Shown: piece by piece, positions 11,908-23,168 of the stretch
Layout: each line of letters opens with the position of its first letter
How positions within the stretch are numbered: the stretch's first letter is position 1
Assembly: GCF_006345805.1 (NCBI RefSeq)
Contig: NW_021835959.1
Location: forward strand, 62,001-126,000
Reading direction: 5' to 3'
DNA: 64,000 nucleotides
From: Octopus sinensis
Taxonomy: Eukaryota
The notes under the pieces: generated by a model
The model's database searches: none
What the model was told of the DNA's origin: nothing
Seen by the model: the letters and a program-made list of their open reading frames with translations, nothing else
Made by a program: the position numbers and the translations under genes

Positions 11908-12199
11908 AAGTAAAGTGCTTCTTTTACTTCTTACCTCCCACTTGATATTTATTTACTTTCTTTAGATCACTAAACTGAACAATTACCGAAACCTCAGTAT
12001 ATAGAGGGATGGTGGGACAATGTGATAGCAATGAAATAGAGGGCAGAGCAGTGACAACAGGATTGGGCTGCAGGAGTTGGGTCGGAAAGATAAGCATAAT
12101 GCATGAAACAGAGGAAGTAAGAGGTAGGGTGTGTGAAAAATTTGGTTAAATGCAGGTGGAGCATGCAGCACATCCAGAACTCAGTTTCACTGAAGTGGG

Positions 12200-13400
12200 T
12201 GGGTCTTCTCAAGAACCTCATATCACCAGATATCTTGGGCCATTGTCATCTCATACGTGAGGCCCCACTTCCTGAGATTGGTCCTCAATACTTCATTCCA
12301 TGTCTTCCCGGGCCTCCCTCTTCCACAGTTACCATCCACATTAAACAATAGATACGTCTTTATACAGCTGTCTCCAGTCATAAGCATCACATGTCCAAAC
12401 CTACGTAGTCGTTTCTCTTGTATGCTGCATCTGATTCCTCTTAAGCTCAACTTTTCTCAGCAAATTTGCGCTTTGTTATACATGCAAACTGATGCTGCAT
12501 ATCCATCAGAGCAAACTAGCTTCATTCCTCTCTAGTCAACGCATGTTTCCTGCATTCAGAGCCCATACCTCACTCCCATGGAGTATAGCCATTCGTACAC
12601 AAGCATCATACAAACTACCTTTAACATGAATAATTAGTCCTTATTGTTCCAGTGCATCTGCCACATATGAAACTGACTTCCTCAGTTAATCTACCTTTGA
12701 TTCCACTGCATCACATGTGTCCATAGCTTGCTCCGGGAACAACAAACGGAATTATTCCAACTCTTTTCCTACATATTGAGCAGGGCCATTTATCTGACAG
12801 AAAAAGAGTCTTACCCACTTTCTTGCTAACATCAACTTTGGTCTTAACTCGATAAACTTAAGGCCCTTTGATTCCAGGTTTTGCTTCCATGCCTGGAATT
12901 TCTTCTCCAACTTAGCTACTGATTCTGCAATAAGAGCAAGATCATCAGCGTATAGTAGTTCACAGAGGCAGTCAGTTCTAAATTCCTCAGTTATGGTCTG
13001 AATGACTATGACGAATAAGAGTGGACTGCGAACTGAACCCAGGTGAACCCCTACTGATACACTAAATTCATCACTGTATTCATGACTGACTCTCAGCTTA
13101 CGGACAGGACTACTGTACATGGCTTATACAGCTCCATCAAGCCTCTCATCTACTCCAGGTTCCTTAGAGACCACCAGATAACAGAGCAAGGGACTCTCTA
13201 TCAAAAGCTTTCTCAAGGGCAGCGAAAGCCGAATACAGTATTTTATTTCTGGCCCAACATTTCTCCTGCAGCTGTCTCACTAGGTGGATGCTCTCAGTGG
13301 TACTCCATCCAAACACTAAACCAAACAGCATCTTATCTACTTTAATTCTATTCCCAATCAACTCTGGAACTTTCACGACCTGGTCCAGTAGTTTTGTAAG
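12200..13400 (-). mobile_element. Decayed RTE-clade LINE, reverse transcriptase and C-terminal region
   Basis: VRQLQEK...LEKAFDR, GVHLGSVRSPLLF, ELLYADDLALIAES, RRFGHV...GRGRPGKTW. Confidence 0.85.
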
Positions 13401-13420
13401 TTCAACCTGGTCCATGCATG

Positions 13421-13783
13421 CATGTGTTTGTAACATAAATAGGCATTTTAAACTTAGTATCATTCCTATTTCTTTCCATTTACTTTTCTTAAAAAAATAG
13501 ATCTCCCTTTATTTCTTTGTGCTTGGCACATTTAATTTCATTGAATTCAATTTTCAATTGTCACTGTCTCATTTCATTATTCTAGGCATTTCCCTCTAAG
13601 TATTACTTGTCTAATTTCATATATCTATTTGTGTCTGTTTCACATTAAAATCTCCCTTGCTGTAGTTGTTTTATCGACTATGTATATATACATATATAGA
13701 CATAGTAAAAAAAAATTTTTTAAATCAACAAGAGATTTTATGCATACATATATGCTAGCATGGAAGGCGGACATTAAAAGATG

Positions 13784-13814
<31 letters not shown>

Positions 13815-14356
13815 TATATATATATATACATATACATATACACACACACATGTATATATACATATACATATACACACACACACATATATATATACATATA
13901 CATATATAAATATACACACACACACACATGTATATATATATATACACACACATATATATATATATATATATACATATACAAACACACAAAACATATATAT
14001 ATACATATGCACACACACAAACGTATATATACACATGTATATCATCATCAATTGGTCATTAAATTATGATGATATATATATATATATCATAGATAAAAAA
14101 AGAAACAAATATAACAAGGAAGATTTTAAATTAAAGCAGACACAAATATATGAAGTGAGACAAACCTAAAGGAAAATGTATAGAAAAATGAAATGAAAGA
14201 GTAACAAAAGAAAATTTGAATACAATGAAACCAAATATGCCAAAAGTAAAGAAATGAAAGCGGATCTATTTTTAGAAAAAAAGTAAATGGATTAAAGAGA
14301 AATAAGAATAATACTAAATTTTAAATGCCTATTTATGTTGCAAACATACACACACA
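13421..14356. repeat. Diverged inverted repeat (13421-13672 versus 14095-14356) around a (TA)/(CA) microsatellite
   Basis: tgtttgtaacataaataggcattttaaacttagtat... aligns along its length with the reverse complement of ...atactaaattttaaatgcctatttatgttgcaaaca. Confidence 0.75.
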
Positions 14357-14373
14357 TAATATATATGTATGTA

Positions 14374-15510
14374 TAGGGGTTGGACAAAATAATGGTAACA
14401 CCGAGCATCATAATTTTGAAATATCTATAAAACCGTCAAAAGCTTGTTTATTTTTTTGTTTTTGGTTTATTATTAGTGTTGCTTAATATGTTTTGCTAAA
14501 ATTGCTGGGTTTTTTTTTCAGATATCATCAGAAAAGGGTAATTAAAATTCATTAAAATGACAGATCTATCGGACTTTCAAAATGGTCAAAATGTTGGTGC
14601 TCATATGGCAGGCACTAGTGTAACAAAAACAGCCAAAATGTTTGGTGTATCAAAAAGTACTTTCTCGAAAGTAATGACAGCCTTTGAGAAAGAGGGAAAA
14701 AACCTCCTCGTCAAAACAAAACTCCAGAAGAAAACTAAAACTTTTAGATAGGGATCATCGGACTCTTAAGCAAATTGTTAGAAAGGATCACAAAAATACA
14801 GCTCTCAAAATTGCTGCAGAGCTTAATAACCCCCACGAGAACCCAGTTTCCACAAAAACTGTTCGCCGGGAAATTCACAAGGCTGATTTCACAGGAGGGC
14901 TGCAATCAGAAAACCACTACTTTCAAAAACAAATGCTGCAAAGCATTTAGAGTGGAGTAAAAACCTACAGAATTGGTCCCTAAAGCAGTGGAAGAATGTT
15001 ATTTTCTCGGACGAAGCATCCTTTACCTAATTTCCGACCATCAGCCGAATATATGTGGAGACAGCCAAAAGAAGCATTTGACCCAGACTGCATTCTTCCA
15101 ACTGTTGAACACGGAGGAAGACCTGTGATGATCTAGGAGGTTATATCTTGGAAATCCGCCGACCCAATGGTTTCTCTTCATGGCAGAATTAATAGTCAAG
15201 ATTATTTAAGCATTTTATCTAATTGAATTCATCCTTTGGTTGCGGAACTGTTACCGGAGGGAAACGCAATCTTTCAGGATGATAATGCACCAATTCACTC
15301 AGCTAAAGTTGTTACTGAATGGCACAAAGAACATTCTAGTGAAGTTGAACATCTTATCTGGCCACCACAGTCCCCAGATCTCAATATTGAACATTTATGG
15401 TGCATTTTAGAAAAACAAGTAAGGAGTCGATATCCTCCACCATTATCACTACAAGAACAGGAGACTGTTTTAGCTGAAGAATGAACAAAAATTCCTTTGG
15501 AAACAATTCA
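14374..15510 (+). mobile_element. Tc1-family (DD34E) DNA transposon, 3'-truncated, with a transposase pseudogene at 14557-15484
   Basis: TA followed by the TIR-like taggggttggacaaaataatggtaacacc. Motifs MTDLSDFQNGQ (HTH), VIFSDE, FQDDNAPIH and WPPQSPDLN-IEHLW, with several stops and frameshifts. Confidence 0.9.
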
Positions 15511-15588
15511 GTATGGAAGGCAGACATTCAACAATGATGATGGTGATTTTATATATATATATATATCATCATCAATTGGTCATTAAAT

Positions 15589-15625
<37 letters not shown>

Positions 15626-15876
15626 AAAAAATCATCAAGGAAGATCATCGGTTGTCAAGCAATGGAGTGGGGACAAACACAGACATACACACACACATAT
15701 ATATATATATGATAGACTTCTTTCAGTTTTCGTCTACCAAATCCACTCACAAGGCTTTGATCGGCTCAAAGTTATAGCAGAAGACACTTGCCCAAGGTAC
15801 CACACAGTGGGACTGAACCTGGAATCAATAGGTTTGGAAGCAAGCTTCTTACAACACAACCACTCCTGCACCTATA

Positions 15877-16290
15877 TAATAATAATAATAATAATGAAAT
15901 TATTGTATACAGTGCTCAGGTGCACCACAACTTGTCAAAAAGTGTGTATAAAGTATATGTAGTAATGTACAAATGTCTGGAAAGCGAACAGTGTATGAGT
16001 CAGATACATGCTTGCATGTGTATGGAGGGGAGAAAATCAGGTATATTGTTGGCGAATCTCAGGAAGCATGGAAGTTTTGAAGGATGCAGTGCTTCGACAA
16101 CTAACAACTGATGCTGGCAGTCTGTTCCATGCTTCAGCAACTCTTAGCGTGAAAAATGTTTCCGAAAGTCATGGGAGCTGTGCTGTTTTCTGACTTTGTA
16201 AACATGTCCACGGGTGTTAGACAGGTGGAGTTTGAAAAGGTGCTCAGAGTTATTGTTCGTAAGATGGTTAATAATTTTATGGGTGTCATT
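15877..16290 (-). mobile_element. CR1/L2-type LINE 3' end with (ATT)n tail
   Basis: The minus strand encodes SNTRGHVYKVRKQHSSHDFRK..F.LRVAEAWNRLPASVV, followed by a 3' UTR and an (att)n tail. Confidence 0.7.
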
Positions 16291-17399
16291 GATGAGTTTG
16301 TTTATTTATATCCTTCCTGATGAGGTTGATGCATTGCTGACCATAATTTATCTTGTCAGACATTACCCATTTGCAGCTGAGTGGACTGGTGCAACATCAT
16401 CATCATCGCAGTTTAACGTCCGCCTTCCATGCAGGCATGAGTGGGATGGTTTGACAGGAGCCGGCCAGACAAAAACATGCACAAAACTTCTGTGTCTGTT
16501 TTGGCAGGATTTTTACAGCTGGATGCCCTTCGTAAAACCAAACCACCCAGCAGCATGAAACATAAAGTGTGGCTTGGGGAAGTGAACCCACAACACTGCA
16601 CTCCTGAATGCAACACCCTAACAACCACCAGGCTATATCCACACAAAGATGCAATAATTGAATGGACAAAGTACAGCAGCAAGATAACAGTCAAGTACAG
16701 TAGTAAAATGAGTGCAGGTACAATAACTAGCTGGGGACAGGTGCTGTCCCTGCATGGTGCAATGGTTGAACAAAACAGGTGCAGTATCTTTGTGAACATG
16801 CAATTCCTGAAATAAGACAGGTATAGTAGTTCAATAAGAAGAGGAGCAGTTCTTATTCTAAAGGACACAAGTTCAAGACTTGCCATGGCATCTTTGATAA
16901 AACACATTGAATTAAGGTAAAATTTAGAAAATAATAAACTAGTGGACTATTATTTTTTTGTTGTTAACCCCAGATCAACTTAATTGAGTAAACCTTTCAT
17001 TTTCCTATCTTCTTAGGACGATACGATATAGGAATACATTATCTAACAGGTCCGTCCTTGCTTAAGATGTTGACATGATTTGAGGAAAATTTGGCTATTT
17101 CTAGCAGGCCCAGTAGCTACATAGAGTTCAAGCATTAGCACAATTTCACAAACTCACAAAATAGAACTATTTTTTTACTTAACATTCTGATGTTCTGAAA
17201 ATAAATCATTCCTCCTTATCTCACTAGTCATTCAATCTTGTAGGATTACAATGAGAGATAAAAATATAAAATAAATTATTGATAAAAACTTAAATGATAT
17301 TTAGAAAATTAAGATAGAGGGAAGTAGAAATTTGAACAAAATAACTGACAGGGGGAATAACTCTTAAACACATTCAAAGGCAACGTAATAGATTTTACA

Positions 17400-17745
17400 T
17401 ACTCCAGTTCATCAGATACATTGATCTGGCATTGTTTCTCATGACAGAGAAATGTAATAACAAGAAGTAAATTTTATTTCTCATCCTCATACTATTTCTG
17501 GCAAGTCTCAAAAACAGAAAAGTAACACTGGATTCTGTAGTTTTAGATATACTAGTGATTAAAAAAAAATAAAAGGATGGGCATTGATAGAATGGCTTTT
17601 GATTGATATATTCCTTGGACAGGGTTGACTTGGAATTAAACAGCATGCAATATGAAATGTAAAATGCCACCCGATTACACCCTCTTCCCATGACGCTCAG
17701 TGCTTTGTACAAAGTTTCAAGGGATTGAGGGATATATTTTCTCAT
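17400..17745 (-). mobile_element. Possible heavily decayed pogo/Tigger-like transposase relic
   Basis: MRKYIPQSLETLYKAL...STL resembles a psq-type HTH, with a DETG-like remnant near 17410. Weak evidence. Confidence 0.25.
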
Positions 17746-18419
17746 AATTAGGAAATTGATTTATCACAGGTGACATTTCCCCATCATACAGTGAACAAGT
17801 AATGCAGAATTTAAATGTATAATTCAAATACATAACAAAACACCTGTTGTGGGATTAAATTCAATATCAGCATGATGTCAGTCCAATATTATATCTACTC
17901 TAGATTTTCCCTTAATTCAGTGTGGATCAAATAAAAAAACAAGAAGATCACTATTTCTTTTATCAGGACTCAACTACTGAAACTGTTCCCCATCCCACAA
18001 CTGTAATTCTTTTCACACACCTACTTCATCTGTTCCCACTCAATACAATTGTTGGGAGCAAGAGCTTTGTTCCACGAAAAGACTCCACCCAATCTTTTAC
18101 ACAGCCAGAACAATAGTTAGCCTAATATTAACTAAAATGTTAACAAATGAAAACAAAAACATTCAGTTTTTTTTCTTTTGTGCCCAGTATTTAAGTGCAT
18201 TTTTGTAATTCTATTATAATCACCAATATCTCAAAGAAATTTGTATTGCTATGAACATGTTAGTGAACGTGCTTCTATTGTATTTCATTTTTAATAACTA
18301 ACTTCTTTTTTACAGATAAGCAATAACTAAACCAACGTGTCATATTGAATATAGCTTAACCTTGTGTTACACTATAACTTGTAAAAATACCAACATTTAG
18401 AAAATAATGTAAAAAATTA

Positions 18420-18978
18420 TTGGGTTGTCCGGAAAGTTCGTGCTGATTTTTAAAGGAAAGAAAAAGGTCAATAAATACTTGCCATTACATTTTTAATCAA
18501 CCAAATATGAACCATTTTGTTGCACAATGCATCTCCATCTAACTTGAAAATACCCCTCTCCCAGAATTGAGGTGGTTTCAAGGCAAAAAATTCATCAAAG
18601 TATCTTTTTACATCATCCAAGGAATTGAAATTTTTACCATTAAGACTATTCTGCAGAGACCTGAATAAGTGGAAACCCGAAGGAGCAATACCGAGTGAAT
18701 ATGGAGGGTGGGGTAACACATCCCAGTGAAACTGCAGCACTTTTTGTCTGGTTCCCAAAGCATCAAGTGCCGAAAATGAACTTTCTTATCTTCCATTTTA
18801 AAGGGTTACAGAATTAACACAGGTTATAGGAACATAAACCTTCTTCCACAAAAAGATAGCTTAAAATGTGCTCTAAATGGAGGTTTAGTCAAATCCTATT
18901 TTATGGACCCAACCATGTTCTAAAATAAGTCGAAAGGTAAGCTACTATAAATCGGCACAAACTTTCCGGACAACCCAA
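18420..18978 (-). mobile_element. Internally deleted mariner element
   Basis: About 30-bp TIRs ttgggttgtccggaaagtt.gtgc.gattt at both ends, with TA duplications (18418-19, 18979-80). Transposase C-terminus WDVLPHPPYSLGIAPSGFHLFRSLQNSLNGKNF. Confidence 0.92.
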
Positions 18979-19522
18979 TAAAATTAATTTTGTTTAATAA
19001 TCATTGATACGAAACTGGTTTGCTTTAATACAGATTGGCTCTGATGAAGCAGACCTATGAGCAGAGCTTTCCAACTATCACCATCCTGTATTTTCAGATA
19101 AAGTATCTAGCACTACATTCATCCAATAAAGCCCTGGCCCTTAAGCTGGTATGGTATTTCTAACAGGTCATCTGACCATGTACGCTTTGCTCCTCATAGG
19201 TTCAAACAGAGCTAATGTGGCAGAAACAAAGACACTTAATTTTTTCAGGGTTGAATTACTGAATATGAGAGAACCTTTAGGAAGTTGCTCAAACTGCTAG
19301 AAATAGGAAACAGAATTTCTCTCAAGTCACACTACTTTCATTAAAAAAAAAAAAAAAGCCAAGACATATTGCATAGCATGGTCTAAGATGAACTATGTTT
19401 GATAACATGAGGTTGAGGTGGTTAAGACTAGAATATTTTTTTATCATATTGGTTCGCTAGAACACAACTGACTATATCATAAATGTATATATATATATAT
19501 CATGATGATGATGTTAACTCAC

Positions 19523-19603
19523 CTTCTTTCGGTTTCTAGTGGACAACCATTCATCACAGTTTTCTTTCACGTTCTCAGCTTTCTCATTTCTGTGCTTCTT
19601 CAT
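19523..19603 (-). CDS. Unidentified gene, first coding exon (MKKHRNEKAENVKENCDEWLSTRNRKK); the exon including UTR spans 19523-19626
   Basis: Acceptor ttattttggtatag at 19627, ATG at 19603, strong donor AAG|gtgagt. Phase 0 matches the exon at 5880. Confidence 0.6.
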
Positions 19604-20170
19604 TCTAATCAATTCAACCTCTCAAACTATACCAAAATAAATTTTAAAAAATAAAATGCATCAGCTTAAAAACCATCTCTTTCATTAACACATGAAATGG
19701 GGGAAATTTGCAGAAAATAATTTTAGACGACCTTCAAATTTCAACACTGTTTAACCTTATATTCAACAGTTTAACCCATATAGTACAGTTTTGCTGACCT
19801 ATTCCCTGGCCATCTTCAGGTACTTTTATCAATCACACATATATCATATATAAACACATAAATCACACATATGTATATAACACCCAAGTACCTCAATTTC
19901 ATCTACTAATTACTTCAGGCTACTGGAGGGATAAAGGTAGAATTAGGTATTTTTTGCCTCTTGGCTGAAACAGCTGTAGGATATTAACCCAATTTCTAAT
20001 CCTGTATGTTATATATTTTAATAATTATTGGTATCTTTATATATGTAAAAACATAATATGTTATACATGTATGTATATTATTATAATTGTCATTTTAGTA
20101 AACAAATAAACAAACTGACATAATATAAGTTGATGAATACCACCTATTGATCCCCTCCATTTTCTTATTG

Positions 20171-20286
<116 letters not shown>

Positions 20287-20292
20287 ATGTAT

Positions 20293-20908
20293 GGGAGACG
20301 CAATGGCCTAGTGGTTAGGGCAGCGGACTCGCGGTCGCAGGATCGCGATTTCAATTCCCAGACGGGGCGTTGTGAGTGTTTATTGAGCGAAAACACCTAA
20401 AAGGTCCACGAGGCTCCGGCAGGGGGGGGGGGGGGTGATCCCTGCTATACTCTTTTACCACTCTTTCTTCTGTTGGCCTGCTCGCTTAGCCAGCGGGGTA
20501 GCGCCATTCAAAGGCTAATACAATGCAAACGCATTGTGACCAGCGATGTGTAACAACATCTGATGGTCTGGTCGGTCACGTGATATATATATATATATAT
20601 ATACATATGGGAGACGCAATGGCCCAGTGGTTAGGGCAGCGGACGCGCGGTCATAGGATTAAGGTTTTGATTCCCAGACCAGGCATTGTGAGTGTTTATT
20701 GAGCAAAAACACTTATAGCTCCACAAGGCTCCGGCAGGGGGTGGTGGCGATCCCTGCTGTACTCTTTCGCCACAACTTTCTCTCACTCTTTCTTCTCGCT
20801 TAGCCTGCTCGCTTAGCCATTGGGGTGACGTCATTTGAAGGCTAAAACAATGCGAAGTGCATTGTGACCAGCGATGTATAGCAACATCTGATAGCCTGGT
20901 TGGTCACA

Positions 20909-20912
<4 letters not shown>
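20293..20912 (+). mobile_element. Two tandem copies of a tRNA-derived SINE within a (TA)n tract (20293-20585 and 20609-20912)
   Basis: Heads ggagacgcaatggcc.agtggttagggcagcggac with A/B boxes, and shared 3' ends ...ggtcggtcacgtgat(at)n. Confidence 0.85.
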
Positions 20913-20947
<35 letters not shown>

Positions 20948-20949
<2 letters not shown>

Positions 20950-21039
20950 CGTCACTAACGTGACAGAGGATGCAAAATGGTACTGGCATTGCTAGTAATG
21001 CCAGGATCACTTTGTACCTTCTGTCACTTTAGTGACATC
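20948..21039. repeat. 92-bp palindrome flanked by TA (mini-MITE or hairpin RNA)
   Basis: 46-nt arms with 9 mismatches, no spacer, centre ctag. Confidence 0.75.
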
Positions 21040-21907
21040 TATAAATTTGCCTTAAGTTGTTAAATTGCTAGTAAGCCATCCATACTTAGCATAAGCACAT
21101 GATGTAGTAGGAATCAAAATAATGCTTACAATTGTTTTTAACATATTCTAGCAGACTAAAGTGTGAAAGGCATTCACTAGAAGTTTCTCTCTATAGAGTT
21201 TGTATGTGAAATCACATCAAGCCAAGCTCCAAGAGACAACAGCCTAATCATTCCTCAAGGAAAAGTAGGCAGGAGAGAAATTAACCATTTTCATATGAAC
21301 CCACCTGAGACCACCCCAGGTTCTTTGACATAAACTTACTGCTTCTTCAACTTGCTTTGATGTTGCCAGGTCATATTTCAGCCCCCCCCCCCTGTCTCAA
21401 GCAATTGCTAGTGTACCTGGCAGCTGGCATCATCTTCACACACCAGCCTTGACAAAAGCAATAGTTTTCTTCAATGGGCAGAGGTGCCTGCAATGGCTGA
21501 TCCCACTATGGATGATATCTGCTATTGCCTCAGGACCTGATCATGCCACCAGCACTAGCAGCCCTCACCCAAAGCTTCTGGACAGCTACAGGGTATGTAC
21601 TTCATGGTCCTCTTCAAACACAAAGGACGAGCTGATAACTTCACCTTTCCCAGTAGAAAAGTTGGATGGATTCAGTGGACATTACAAACTGTGTGAATCA
21701 GGAATTTCATCTAGTGCAAATATGCTCTCCAAAGCTCAGGCTATGAGACTTTACATTCCACAGTTAGTTCCTACCTTAACCAGCTCCCTGGTGCCACTTC
21801 CCAACAGCCTAGCTGGTTTTCTACTCAATCAACACTAGCACCTTATTCCAAGTCGGTAACTTTTCTGTCTTTGAGGAAACTTTCCAGTGATGTACTGTCA
21901 CTCAACA

Positions 21908-23168
21908 TAGGTTTGGGGCTTGCAACACCTGGAAGTTCTGATCCCAACTCCTCCTGCATCTCACCAGAGTTGGTGTCTGTGCACTGTGACACTTGCGCCA
22001 TCTCTAGGTTTGGGGCTTGCAACACCTGGAAGTTCTGACCCCGACTCCTCCTGCATCTCACCAGAGTTGGTGTCTGTGCACTGTGACACTTGCGCCATCT
22101 CTAGGTTTGGGGCTTGCAACACCTGGAAGTTCTGACCCCGACTCCTTCTGCATCTCACCAGAGTTGGTGTCTGTGCACTGTGACACTTGCGCCATCTCTA
22201 GGTTTGGGGCTTGCAACACCTGGAAGTTCTGACCCCAACTCCTCCTGCATCTCACCAGAGTTGGTGTCTGTGCACTGTGACACTTGCGCCATCTCCAGGT
22301 TTGGGGCTTGCAACACCTGGAAGTTCTGACCCCAACTCCTCCTGCATCTCACCAGAGTTGGTGTCTGTGCACTGTGACACTTGCGCCATCTCTAGGTTTG
22401 GGGCTTGCAACACCTGGAAGTTCTGACCCCAACTCCTCCTGCATCTCACCAGAGTTGGTGTCTGTGCACTGTGACACTTGCGCCATCTCTAGGTTTGGGG
22501 CTTGCAACACCTGGAAGTTCTGACCCCGACTCCTCCTGCATCTCACCAGAGTTGATGTCTGTGCACTGTGACACTTGCGCCATCTCTAGGTTTTGGGCTT
22601 GCAACACCTGGAAGTTCTGACCCCAACTCCTCAAGCATCTCACCAGAGTTGGTGTCTGTGCACTGTGACACTTGCGCCATCTCTAGGTTTGGGGCTTGCA
22701 ACACCTGGAAGTTCTGACCCCGACTCCTCCTGCATCTCACCAGAGTTGATGTCTGTGCACTGTGACACTTGCGCCATCTCTAGGTTTTGGGCTTGCAACA
22801 CCTGGAAGTTCTGACCCCAACTCCTCCTGCATCTCACCAGAGTTGGTGTCTGTGCACTGTGACACTTGCGCCATCTCTAGGTTTGGGGCTTGCAACACCT
22901 GGAAGTTCTGACCCCAACTCCTCCTGCATCTCACCAGAGTTGGTGTCTGTGCACTGTAACACTTGCGCCATCTCTAGGTTTGGGGCTTGCAACACCTGGA
23001 AGTTCTGACCCCAACTCCTCCTGCATCTCACCAGAGTTGGTGTCTGTGCACTGTGACACTTGCGCCATCTCTAGGTTTGGGGCTTGCAACACCTGGAAGT
23101 TCTGACCCCGACTCCTCCTGCATCTCACCAGAGTTGGTGTCTGTGCACTGTGACACTTGCGCCATTTC
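21908..23168. repeat. Minisatellite, 13 x 97 bp, near-identical copies
   Basis: Unit taggtttggggcttgcaacacctggaagttctgacccc(a/g)actcctcctgcatctcaccagagttggtgtctgtgcactgtgacacttgcgccatctc, exact 97-bp period. Confidence 0.98.

Noticed and set aside
13640-14051. Cys/Val/Tyr/Ile-rich ORFs (also 53398-53965 and 20061-20396)
   Set aside because: Translations of (TA)/(CA)/(CT) microsatellites.
19041-19047. CTGATGA hammerhead core (also 16317-16323 and CTGACGA on the minus strand near 50135)
   Set aside because: No correctly placed stem II-GAAA-stem III follows.
21908-23168. CRISPR array or repeat-protein gene
   Set aside because: The units are contiguous and near-identical with no unique spacers, no cas genes and a eukaryotic context. 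The period of 97 is not a multiple of 3, so the stacked ORFs are artefacts.
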